Below are positions 52,355-60,999 of a stretch of DNA of 64,000 nt, one piece after another. Source of the DNA: Verrucomicrobiota bacterium (GTDB taxonomy: Bacteria; Verrucomicrobiota; Verrucomicrobiia; Limisphaerales; AAA164-E04); contig CP170459.1 in the NCBI GenBank assembly GCA_047947115.1, positions 192,001-256,000 of the forward strand, read 5' to 3'. A program made the translations under genes and the position numbers. A model generated the notes under the pieces. The model was not told the origin of the DNA, did not search any database, and worked only from the letters and a program-made list of their open reading frames with translations. Every line of letters begins with the position of its first letter. The first letter of the stretch is position 1.

Positions 52355-52879
52355 ATCCCAATCAGGAACGAAAGGGAGAGATGGGGGGGGCGCCCCGCAG
52401 GGCTTTCCTCCGCCTCCGCTACGCTCCGGCTCCGTCAATCCCTGCGAACCTCAGCCGAACGTAGCCCTACTGAAATCTTGACTCCAACCACCAATGGAAC
52501 TAAACAACAATCAAGTGCCGCACTTTTCAACTGCCCCCCGCTGCACTTTTCGGCCGCCCTTCACAGATCAGTCGAATCCTTAAAAAATTGTATCAAAGGC
52601 GAACCTCAGAGTGATATGGTTTCAGCTCCAACTGCCACTTTCGTCTGATATACGTTCCGACCAACCGATTTTTTCAAAGAAGTGGAACCGTTGAAATATC
52701 AACCATGTGGAAGAATGGATCCACCAACTCTGAACAATTTATTCCTACTTTTGGATTCTGGAAGCTTAAATTTTGCGTAACCAATTTAAGTAGAAACAAT
52801 TGAGCGAATGAAAGGACTGCTTGCGCGACAGCGCATATGTTAGTTTACCGGGAAACATTCTGGCAGAGGACGGGAGGCC

Positions 52880-52939
52880 CATGAATGAATGGCCATCAAC
52901 GAGATCATCCTCAGCTGTACTGAGAATCTCGATATTCAT
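52880..52939 (-). pseudogene. RelE/ParE-type toxin, first ~19 codons only
   Basis: MNIEILSTAEDDLVDGHSF coupled (ATGA) to the antitoxin, then similarity is lost. Confidence 0.6.
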
Positions 52940-53160
52940 TTCCGGACGCGTTTGCGAATGCGTTCTTTGGCTTCGTTCCAAGGAGAGAATTCAGCTTTAC
53001 CCTCTTGAACCATAGCATCACGACGTTCCAGCTCTTCTCGATGCCAATCGGGAGATTCAATTTCGCTCCCCCCATTTCGCAACTGCTCCCAAAGTGCTTC
53101 CATGGCCACGACGGCTTCAGTTGGCGAAAGAGTTTTAATCTGATCGATAACGCTCACCAT
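52936..53160 (-). CDS. Addiction-module antitoxin (TIGR02574-like)
   Basis: MEALWE, SPDWHREELERR, WNEAKERI. Confidence 0.85.
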   Translation of the reverse strand: MVSVIDQIKTLSPTEAVVAMEALWEQLRNGGSEIESPDWHREELERRDAMVQEGKAEFSPWNEAKERIRKRVRK

Positions 53161-53224
53161 GCCAGCATACGAAAGGTAGATGGGTGAATCAAGTAGAGTT
53201 CCTTGTTGGTTGCTGAAAGAGGGA

Positions 53225-53244
53225 AAATGGAGCGGGTGAAGGGA
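53225..53244 (-). repeat. 20-bp direct repeat of the tRNA-Gly 3' end (att-like or tRNA-linked repeat)
   Basis: AAATGGAGCGGGTGAAGGGA identical to 53349-53368. Confidence 0.9.
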
Positions 53245-53351
53245 CCGCTTACGCGATAGCGTATTTCTTAGTTTACAGGGGAATGATTCTTGCGAAGGTC
53301 GGGAGCCCCATCTAACCCGCAGGGTTCGATGACATTCATCCGCGACTGAAA

Positions 53352-53425
53352 TGGAGCGGGTGAAGGGAATCGAACCCTCGTAGCCAGCTTGGAAGGCTGG
53401 AGCTTTACCACTAAGCTACACCCGC
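53352..53425 (-). tRNA. tRNA-Gly (TCC)
   Basis: GCGGGTG..CACCCGC-TCCA acceptor, CCAGC-CTTCCAA-GCTGG anticodon arm, GGTTCGATT T-loop. Confidence 0.97.
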
Positions 53426-53492
53426 GCTTGGGAGTCACACTTTACCAAGGAAGCTTGCCTTGTCAATTCCTGGATGCTTATCTTTTTTGGAA

Positions 53493-54860
53493 ATGAATGA
53501 TTTGTTGATCCTAAACGGCCGTGTCATCGATCCTGCAAATGATATCGATAGCCACCAATCTCTCCTCATCCTAAACGGAAAGGTAGCGGCTTTGGGCGCC
53601 AAGGCCGATGCCAAGGCTCCTTCGGATGTCAAAAAGATCGACGCCAAGGGGCTCGTGGTCTGCCCCGGCTTGCTGGATATTCATGTTCATTTTCGCGAAC
53701 CGGGCCAAAGTGCCAAGGAAACGATCGAAACGGGCACCCGCGCGGCGGCTCAGGGTGGTTTCACCACGGTGGTCTGCATGCCAAATACCAATCCGGCGAT
53801 CGATAGTCCGGGCACGGTGGCCTTGATCCAGGATAAGGTCGAGAAAAGTGCCGTCATCCATGTCTATACCACCGGCGCCATCACCAAAGGTATTGCTGGC
53901 GAGGAACTCGCTCCAATTGGTTCACTGCATGGCGCAGGGGTGGTGGCGATCACGGATGACGGTCGTTGTGTGCAGAACAACGATTTGATGCGCCGGGCCT
54001 GCGAGTATGCCAAGATGTTCGATCTGCCGATCATGGATCATTGCCAGGATTACGATCTGGTCGGCAAAGGGGTCATGCATGAAGGCCATTGGAGCAATGT
54101 CATGGGGCTGCCTTCCTGGCCGGCTGCAGGGGAAGAGGTGATCGTTGCCCGCAATATTCAATTGGCAGAATTGACCGGCACCCACATCCATTGCCAGCAC
54201 ATGAGTTCGGCGGGTGCGGTGAAGTTGATTCGGGAAGCCAAGGACAAGGGGATTCCCATTTCCGGGGAAGCTTGTGCCCATCATTTCACGCTGACCGACG
54301 CCGCACTAGCCGGGAGCAATGAGTTCTGGCCGGTGGATGGCAAAGGTCTGTTGGATGTGATCAAAATGGATTACGAGCGTCCCGAGTGGGAGAATTACAA
54401 TACACTCTTCAAAATGAACCCACCTTTAAGGTCCGGAGCCGATCGGGACGCTGTGCTCAAAGGGGTGGCGGACGGCACGTTGGAAATTCTTGCTTCAGAT
54501 CATGCGCCTCACTGCGCCTACGAAAAAGAGACCGAATTCGACACCGCTCCTTTCGGCATCACCGGTCTCGAAACGGAACTGGCCCTGGGCGTTATGCGTT
54601 TGTATCAGACTGGGATGATGTCTTTGTCGGAATTGATCAGGCGTTGGACGGTCACGCCGGCTAAACTGGTTCGCCTGGATAAAGGAACTTTGAGCGTCGG
54701 AGCCAGCGGAGACGTCACCATCTTTGATCCGGACGAAGAATGGATCTACGACCGCATGAAAACCCCCAGCAAGGCAACGAACAGCCCCTTCCATGGCTGG
54801 CCCTTGAAGGGACGCAACAAATATACCGTTGTGAACGGCAAGGTTGTTTTCGGGAACTAA
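53493..54860 (+). CDS. pyrC: Dihydroorotase (type I)
   Basis: DIHVHFREPG, MPNT, KMNPPLR, SDHAPH, GITGLET. Confidence 0.95.
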   Translation: MNDLLILNGRVIDPANDIDSHQSLLILNGKVAALGAKADAKAPSDVKKIDAKGLVVCPGLLDIHVHFREPGQSAKETIETGTRAAAQGGFTTVVCMPNTNPAIDSPGTVALIQDKVEKSAVIHVYTTGAITKGIAGEELAPIGSLHGAGVVAITDDGRCVQNNDLMRRACEYAKMFDLPIMDHCQDYDLVGKGVMHEGHWSNVMGLPSWPAAGEEVIVARNIQLAELTGTHIHCQHMSSAGAVKLIREAKDKGIPISGEACAHHFTLTDAALAGSNEFWPVDGKGLLDVIKMDYERPEWENYNTLFKMNPPLRSGADRDAVLKGVADGTLEILASDHAPHCAYEKETEFDTAPFGITGLETELALGVMRLYQTGMMSLSELIRRWTVTPAKLVRLDKGTLSVGASGDVTIFDPDEEWIYDRMKTPSKATNSPFHGWPLKGRNKYTVVNGKVVFGN

Positions 54861-54893
54861 CTAAAGGTTTTTTAGAAGCCAAATCCCACACAT

Positions 54894-55069
54894 TGGAGGG
54901 ACTGGTTCCACCCTGTCCCATGCTTTGTCCTCATAACTTCCTAAAGCAAAGGACGTGGAACGTGGGAAGCCCTGGGCATATGAAGGCCTATGGCGTTTCC
55001 ATTGCAGCGTTGTGACAATTCGAACGACTTGAGGTTTGAAGTGGGTGTAAGACGGAGCTTACCCCTCCG
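54894..55069. repeat. GGAG-type REP doublet
   Basis: TGGAGGGACTGGTTCCACCCTGTCCCA ... GAAGTGGGTGTAAGACGGAGCTTACCCCTCCG. Confidence 0.75.
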
Positions 55070-55172
55070 GTAGTGGATCTATATTTTTGGCCTGCGCCCC
55101 AAACGATCAATGGAACTGGAGTCATCGCAAAAGACTTGCGTCAGGAAGGACCTGTTTCTTATGCTGTCAACC

Positions 55173-56276
55173 ATGAACGCAGTATCGGTTGACGTAACAA
55201 ATCGGGATCGAATCCATGCACTGGCGGATCGTGTCATGTCGGGTGGATCGGTGGATCGTGAGGAGGCGATGTGGTTGTTTCATTTGGAATCGCAGGCCGA
55301 CATCACCGATTTGATGGCTGCGGCCAACCGCATTCGGGAGCACTTCAAAGGCAACAAGATCCACCTGTGTTCCATCGTCAACGCCAAAGCGGGTGGTTGC
55401 TCTGAAAACTGCAAGTTCTGTTCCCAATCTGCCGCATACACCACGGAATCCCCTCGATATGGTTTTGTGGATGCCGAGCCGGTAAAGGAAGCTTCCGCCG
55501 AGGCTGAACGCAACAACGTGACCGCAGTAGGCTTGGTGGCGGCCTGGAAAGGTTTGCGCGAAGGTCCGATCCTGGATGAAGTTTGTGATCGTATCCGCGA
55601 GATGGCCGCCGACGGCAAGGTGCGTCCGGATGCTTCCCTGGGTCTCATCGACAGCCAAGTGGTGGCTGACCGATTGAAAGAAGCCGGTTTGGCCTGCTAC
55701 GGCCACAATCTGGAGAGTTCCAGACGTTTTTTCCCCGAGCATTGCACCACTCATACTTACGAAGACCGTTTGAAGACCATCGGTTTTCTGAAGAATGCGG
55801 GGATCAAGATCTGCAGCGGCGGCATTATCGGCATGGGTGAAACCCGGGAAGATCGCTGTGATATGGCCCTCGAATTGAAAGCCATCGGAGCCAGTGTGGT
55901 TCCAGTCAATTTCCTCAATCCGATCGCGGGCACCCCCTACGAAAACAACGATCCCCTGCCCCCGATGGAGATCCTCAAAACCATTTCCTGTTTCCGGTTC
56001 ATCTTGCCCAGACAGGAAATCATGGTCGCCGGAGGGCGCACGGTCAACCTGCGCGACCTGCAGTGCATGATCTTCATGGCAGGTGCCAGCGCGTTGATGG
56101 TTGGCAATTACCTGACCACTTTGAATCAACCGGCGGAACAAGACCTGCAAATGCTGAAGGACCTGGGTCTTGATCCGGACTGGGAAGCGCACGAAGAGAT
56201 GGAGTCGGGCAGTTGCGGTGAGGGCGGCGGCTGCGGTTGCTCCGCCAAGTTGGAACCGGCTGAAGTTTCCGCGTAA
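55173..56276 (+). CDS. bioB: Biotin synthase
   Basis: CSENCKFCSQS radical SAM motif, HNLESS, CSGGIIGMGE, VPVNFL, GNYLTT. Confidence 0.95.
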   Translation: MNAVSVDVTNRDRIHALADRVMSGGSVDREEAMWLFHLESQADITDLMAAANRIREHFKGNKIHLCSIVNAKAGGCSENCKFCSQSAAYTTESPRYGFVDAEPVKEASAEAERNNVTAVGLVAAWKGLREGPILDEVCDRIREMAADGKVRPDASLGLIDSQVVADRLKEAGLACYGHNLESSRRFFPEHCTTHTYEDRLKTIGFLKNAGIKICSGGIIGMGETREDRCDMALELKAIGASVVPVNFLNPIAGTPYENNDPLPPMEILKTISCFRFILPRQEIMVAGGRTVNLRDLQCMIFMAGASALMVGNYLTTLNQPAEQDLQMLKDLGLDPDWEAHEEMESGSCGEGGGCGCSAKLEPAEVSA

Positions 56277-56307
56277 GGCCAACCAAACAGCCCGGTTTCT
56301 TCTCGGA

Positions 56308-57102
56308 ATGATGCAGGACGATTTGCCCAAGCGTTGCGGGAAAAACAAAGATGGTTATCGGGGTGAATCCATCGATCCGGATAACATCCTGGGCCAACTG
56401 GAAGATCAGTCTAAAGCCAAGAGCTGGAAAACTGAGCATTTACGCTTTGGCAACACTTCCCGGGAATCATTGTTCTTCCTGGAATCACGCGACACCCATC
56501 ATCAGAAAAGAGTTCTGATATCAGGGGGCATCCATGGCGATGAACCGGCCACCACAGCGGCTATTGCTCAACTCATCCTTGACGATGAGTTGCCCGGAGG
56601 CATCTCCTACTACGTTTTCCCATGCCTCAACCCGACCGGTATGACATCCGGGACACGGGAAAATTCGAACGGGGTTGATCTGAACCGCGATTATTTCAAA
56701 AAGCAAACCAAGGAAGTGCAAACGCACCTTCGCAAGCTGGAGGCCTTGCCGCGCTTTGACCTGGCACTGCATCTTCATGAAGATTGGGAAGCTGCCGGAT
56801 TTTACCTTTACGAACTCAGCAAGGAAAACACACCCGCCATCTATGGAAGACCTATTCTCGATCAAGTTGGCAAAGTGTGTCCCATAGAGTTGGCAAAAAA
56901 GATAGAAGGCATGCCGGCCGATCGAGGACTCATCCACCCCAGACACCGCTACCTGGACCGCGACGACTGGCCCGAAGCTTTCCACATGATGCGCCACAAA
57001 ACAGACCATTGCCTGACGCTGGAAGCTCCATCCGATTTCGAGTTGGATGTCAGAGTGAAAGCTTTGATCACTGCCGTGCGAACAGCGATCAGAATCCTGT
57101 GA
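56308..57102 (+). CDS. M14 zinc carboxypeptidase/AstE-like protein
   Basis: GIHGDE, NPTG, DLNR, LHED, TLEAPS. Confidence 0.85.
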   Translation: MMQDDLPKRCGKNKDGYRGESIDPDNILGQLEDQSKAKSWKTEHLRFGNTSRESLFFLESRDTHHQKRVLISGGIHGDEPATTAAIAQLILDDELPGGISYYVFPCLNPTGMTSGTRENSNGVDLNRDYFKKQTKEVQTHLRKLEALPRFDLALHLHEDWEAAGFYLYELSKENTPAIYGRPILDQVGKVCPIELAKKIEGMPADRGLIHPRHRYLDRDDWPEAFHMMRHKTDHCLTLEAPSDFELDVRVKALITAVRTAIRIL

Positions 57103-57108
57103 GTCTAA

Positions 57109-57345
57109 TTACTCACAGTTCAGTAAACGCCGAAATAATTCGGGATTCTTGCTGATCAATCGCTTTGCGGTGCCAACGGCTTTCTCCGAATGCAAAGAAG
57201 GTTTGACAGGTGTCAGAATGATACTGCCGTTTTTATGAACTTTGATGGACACCTGATCCCCGACTTTCAACCCAACCAAATCCATTAAAGCAGCATCAAA
57301 AACCAAGCCCTGAGAATTCCCGATTTTTGTGATGGTCTTCGTCAT
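57109..57345 (-). CDS. AbrB/MazE-type antitoxin (no adjacent toxin)
   Basis: ITKIGNSQG, GLKVGDQV, KN.ELFRRL. Confidence 0.85.
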   Translation of the reverse strand: MTKTITKIGNSQGLVFDAALMDLVGLKVGDQVSIKVHKNGSIILTPVKPSLHSEKAVGTAKRLISKNPELFRRLLNCE

Positions 57346-57447
57346 GATCTTCGGCAGTGAATGACGAGAAGATTGCCGTCAAGTTGACACTCACCATAAG
57401 TGGACCATCGACCATCGGATGCTGTTCGAAAAATAGATATCAACTAT

Positions 57448-57625
57448 CGGAGGGGCGAGCTCTGTCTTGCCCCACTTCAATCCTCTGTGCTTTGGATCCC
57501 TTTTCAAGCTGCAATGGAAACACCACAGTCATTCGATTTAACGATATTCTTCCCGCGTTCCACCTCCTGTGGTCAGGATTGTTCTAAGGTGAATATTTGG
57601 GAACCGGGTGGAACCGGTCCCTCCA
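57448..57625. repeat. GGAG-type REP doublet, inverted relative to 54894
   Basis: CGGAGGGGCGAGCTCTGTCTTGCCCCACTTC ... TGGGAACCGGGTGGAACCGGTCCCTCCA. Confidence 0.75.
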
Positions 57626-57675
57626 TTTAATAAAAGCCAAACTGCACCCAATCCCGCCCTCTGGGCAAGAGAGGA

Positions 57676-58128
57676 TCATTCGCGGTTTTTGGTGTCGATG
57701 GTGAGGGTGACGGGGCCGTCGTTGATGAGGGCGACTTTCATGTCTGCTCCGAATTCGCCGGAGGCCACTGGTTTGCCGGTGGTTTGCTCAAGAGTTTTCA
57801 GGAATGCCTCGTAAAGAGGAACCGCAATGTCGGGTGGAGCAGCTTTGATGTAGGAAGGGCGGTTGCCTTTTTTGGTGCTGGCGTGGAGTGTGAATTGGCT
57901 GATGACCAGGACTTCACCGCCGATGTCTTCCAGTGAACGGTTCATTTTACCTTCATCATCGGAGAAGACTCGCATACGGGCGATCTTGCCGCACAGCCAA
58001 TCAATATCGGTTTGGTTGTCTTCGGCCTCGATTCCCAGCAGAATCAGGAATCCCCATCCGATAGCTCCTTTCACCTTGCCTTCAATGGTGACCGAGGCTT
58101 CGGATACTCTTTGTAATACGATACGCAT
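57676..58128 (-). CDS. dtd: D-aminoacyl-tRNA deacylase
   Basis: QRVSEA, SQFTL, GNRPS, FGADM, NDGPVT. Confidence 0.97.
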   Translation of the reverse strand: MRIVLQRVSEASVTIEGKVKGAIGWGFLILLGIEAEDNQTDIDWLCGKIARMRVFSDDEGKMNRSLEDIGGEVLVISQFTLHASTKKGNRPSYIKAAPPDIAVPLYEAFLKTLEQTTGKPVASGEFGADMKVALINDGPVTLTIDTKNRE

Positions 58129-58211
58129 GGAGATGATCTTAGTCGGATCTTTTTTGTTTATCCACAGATGAACGCAGATTTTCGCAGATCCTGTTCAGTG
58201 GGGACGCTGAT

Positions 58212-58730
58212 TCAAATCAAGGATATCGCAGCGATCAGGATCAGATTCACATAAACCGCCGCCAACACGTCATCGATAACGACTCCCCATCCTTTTGGAA
58301 GGTTTTGGCTGACGCTGACGGGCCAGGGTTTCCAGATGTCGAAGAGTCGAAACAGAGCGAATACGGAGGCGTGTAAGATCAATACTTTGAGGTTCAGGAT
58401 TTGATCCATTTGCCGGACCCATTCCGCGATGTGCGGAAAAACAAGCATGGGCCCCAAATAGCAACACAACACAGCGACGAATTCGTCCAGCACGACGCAT
58501 CCGGGATCGTGAGCGCCCAGCACCTTTTCAGCTTGCCCACAGCACCAGACCGCGAAGAACACAAGCCCCGCAGCCACCAGACACATCATCCATGGCGATA
58601 GAAAGAGCATCAAGACCACCGCAGCAGGAATCGCTACAGCAGATCCCCAAGTGCCCGGGGCCTTCGGCAGATGCCCGACAGGGCCAAGGCAGGCAAGCGT
58701 TGCGGTCCAGTGTCTTGGCGATTGTGTCAT
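58212..58730 (-). CDS. pgpA: Phosphatidylglycerophosphatase A
   Basis: APGTWGS, DPGCVVLDE, FRLFDIWKPWP, DDVLA. Confidence 0.95.
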   Translation of the reverse strand: MTQSPRHWTATLACLGPVGHLPKAPGTWGSAVAIPAAVVLMLFLSPWMMCLVAAGLVFFAVWCCGQAEKVLGAHDPGCVVLDEFVAVLCCYLGPMLVFPHIAEWVRQMDQILNLKVLILHASVFALFRLFDIWKPWPVSVSQNLPKGWGVVIDDVLAAVYVNLILIAAISLI

Positions 58731-58765
58731 ATGAATCTGTGGGCGATGGCTCTCAGGATAGCGTT

Positions 58766-59356
58766 CTACATGTCATCCAGATAGAGGTCCCGGTTTTTCA
58801 CCAGATAGACAGCCCCCGAGTAAAAGGTGAGCAACACGGTGATCCATTGGGCCAGCATGGAAAAGGAAAGCACCCACGGCGCACCGAAAAGGTTCCAACC
58901 AAAGATCGCTTCACCGATGTTTCCCCAACTGGCATAGCTGATGGATACCAACACGGCGATGATCGCGGTAATCTGGGAAATGGTCTTGTGCTTCCCAAAT
59001 CGCTCAGCCGCCAGAACGATGTTCTTGGATGCAGCCAACAGGCGCAATCCGGTGATGGCCAATTCACGCGCCACAATGATGATCACCATCCAGGCCGGCA
59101 TCAAGTCCAGTCCAACAAAGGCGATGAAGGCAGATCCGGTCAGGATTTTGTCCGCGAGCGGGTCCATCAGCTTCCCGAAATCGGTGATCAGGTTGTCCCG
59201 ACGGGCGATTTTGCCGTCAAAATAGTCTGTCAGGCTGGCAATGATGAAAATGACTAGCGCGACGGTATCATGGTAGGGAAACCCCACGGACAACGCAGCC
59301 AAAAAGACAACGGTCAGTCCGAAGCGGGCGACGGTCAATTGATTGGGTACGTTCAT
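58766..59356 (-). CDS. pgsA: CDP-diacylglycerol--glycerol-3-phosphate 3-phosphatidyltransferase
   Basis: PNQLT..R, TDYFDGKIAR, GKLMDPLADK. Confidence 0.95.
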   Translation of the reverse strand: MNVPNQLTVARFGLTVVFLAALSVGFPYHDTVALVIFIIASLTDYFDGKIARRDNLITDFGKLMDPLADKILTGSAFIAFVGLDLMPAWMVIIIVARELAITGLRLLAASKNIVLAAERFGKHKTISQITAIIAVLVSISYASWGNIGEAIFGWNLFGAPWVLSFSMLAQWITVLLTFYSGAVYLVKNRDLYLDDM

Positions 59357-59606
59357 GGCTCGGTATGTGGGTCTTCGATTAACAAACCTCCCATCGGGTA
59401 TAGATCGAACATCCGGTGTTTGGCAATCCTTAGTCGTTTGTTTTGGGATTTTTCGTCATTCGGGTGGTAGGGGGAATGGCTCCAATTCGATTCCTCCGTA
59501 ACGCGGAAACCAAAACTTACGCTCTGAATATACTGTCTGTTTTCGATGACCCAAGGGCTTACCACGTTCCATTTCCTTTGGTTAAGGACACTTTAAGGAG
59601 AAAGTG

Positions 59607-59744
59607 TGGGACTTGGTGGAACAAGTCCCTCCATGTTTGTTTGGGCTTGCAGCAGGGGGGCGAATACTTCCTGGCTTCCCATGTGAACGATCAAATAAAA
59701 CTCGAATACCACGAGGATTGCGCGTCGGGACGACACGCTCTACC
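59607..59744. repeat. Solo GGAG-type REP (59607-59633) and solo GTAG-type REP (59705-59744)
   Basis: TGGGACTTGGTGGAACAAGTCCCTCCA; ATACCACGAGG..GCGCGTCGGGACGACACGCTCTACC. Confidence 0.7.
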
Positions 59745-59865
59745 AATGTGAACGATATAATAGATGCCCGAATGCCATGAGGTTCGCGTCGAGATCCCGA
59801 TGCTATCGGGATGCTGCCTTTGATCGGGACTTGATCCAATGGCGGGTCTGATCTACTTTGTGCGC

Positions 59866-60915
59866 GTGAAATTTCCAAAATTTGCATTAAATAGTTGGTC
59901 GGGCGTTTGCCTGTTGAGTGCCATGTTGGCTTCGAGCCTGCAGGTGGCAGCCGAGAACCCGAAGGTCACCATGAAAACGACGCTTGGGGACATCGTGTTG
60001 GAGCTGGACGCGGAAAAAGCACCCATTTCCACCCATAACTTCCTCAAGTATGCCGAATCCGGATACTACGAAGGGACGATCTTTCACAGGGTCATTCCCA
60101 CTTTCATGATCCAGGGTGGCGGTATGGATGCCGAGATGGATAAGAAAACCAAAGGATTGATGCCTCCCATCAAGAATGAGTGGAAAAACGGACTTAAGAA
60201 CAAGCGAGGCACCATTGCGATGGCTCGCACCAATGCCCCTGACTCAGCGACGTCCCAGTTTTTCATTAATGTCGTCGACAATGCCACGCTGGACGTGCCT
60301 CGAGGTGGCGCCGCTTACGCGGTGTTCGGGAAAGTCGTCGAAGGCATGGAAACGGTCGATAAAATCCGGGACACTGAAACACGGGTTCACCCGAAATACA
60401 ATGGGAACAAAGTAGTGCCCGTTACCCCCGTCGTCATCGAATCCGTCAAGGTGAATGGCGATTATGATTTGGCCGATCTTGAACTGGCCATGGCAACCAT
60501 TAAAAAGAAAGAAACCAATAAAGTGAGCGACGCTACGGACAAAGAAGCAGCCTTCCTGGCCGAAAACGCCAAGAAGGAAAATGTCAAAGAAACCGCATCC
60601 GGTTTGCAATACATCATCGAGCGTGAGGGTAGTGATGTCAAACCCGGTCCGACCGATCAGGTTGAAGTGCATTACAGCGGCAAATTGCTGGACGGAACGG
60701 AATTCGACAGTTCCTACAAGCGGAATGAACCCATTGTTTTTGGCCTCAACCAAGTCATCCCCGGTTGGACGGAAGGACTTCAGTTGATTGGTAAAGGCGG
60801 GAAGGTCAAATTGTTCATCCCCTCCAAATTGGGATACGGCGCACGTGGCGCCGGGAATGTGATTCCCCCATTTTCAACCTTGGTATTCGACGTGGAATTA
60901 TTGGATATCAAGTAA
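59866..60915 (+). CDS. Secreted cyclophilin-FKBP double peptidyl-prolyl isomerase
   Basis: FHRVIPTFMIQGGG, AMART, SQFFIN; then SGLQY, FDSSY, VIPGWTEGL, LVFDVEL. Confidence 0.92.
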   Translation: MKFPKFALNSWSGVCLLSAMLASSLQVAAENPKVTMKTTLGDIVLELDAEKAPISTHNFLKYAESGYYEGTIFHRVIPTFMIQGGGMDAEMDKKTKGLMPPIKNEWKNGLKNKRGTIAMARTNAPDSATSQFFINVVDNATLDVPRGGAAYAVFGKVVEGMETVDKIRDTETRVHPKYNGNKVVPVTPVVIESVKVNGDYDLADLELAMATIKKKETNKVSDATDKEAAFLAENAKKENVKETASGLQYIIEREGSDVKPGPTDQVEVHYSGKLLDGTEFDSSYKRNEPIVFGLNQVIPGWTEGLQLIGKGGKVKLFIPSKLGYGARGAGNVIPPFSTLVFDVELLDIK

Positions 60916-60951
60916 AGAAATGGTGAATTTAAAATAGTAAATAGTGAATTT

Positions 60952-60986
60952 AAAAAGCCCGGATCCCTCGCGGAATCCGGGCTTTT
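60952..60986. terminator. Bidirectional intrinsic terminator
   Basis: AAAAAGCCCGGAT..ATCCGGGCTTTT between convergent genes. Confidence 0.85.
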
Positions 60987-60999
60987 GCTTTGTTAAGAT

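Larger units (their letters stand above)
50819..52565 (+). mobile_element. IS21-family element, left end deleted
   Basis: istA 3' part plus istB; right end with duplicated GCACTTTTC subterminal repeats and terminal CA. Confidence 0.9.

Noticed and set aside
52566..52880. Gene remnant right of the IS21 end
   Set aside because: The frames I translated gave no recognisable motif
52766..52981. Intact 71-aa toxin gene
   Set aside because: Only ~19 codons look RelE/ParE-like; the rest is unrelated read-through
54894..54926. SAM-I riboswitch (GGAGGGACTGG resemblance) upstream of bioB
   Set aside because: No ATC..AGA P1 element or GCAAC/GTGC/GAT core; it matches the GGAG REP copies at 57.6 and 59.6 kb
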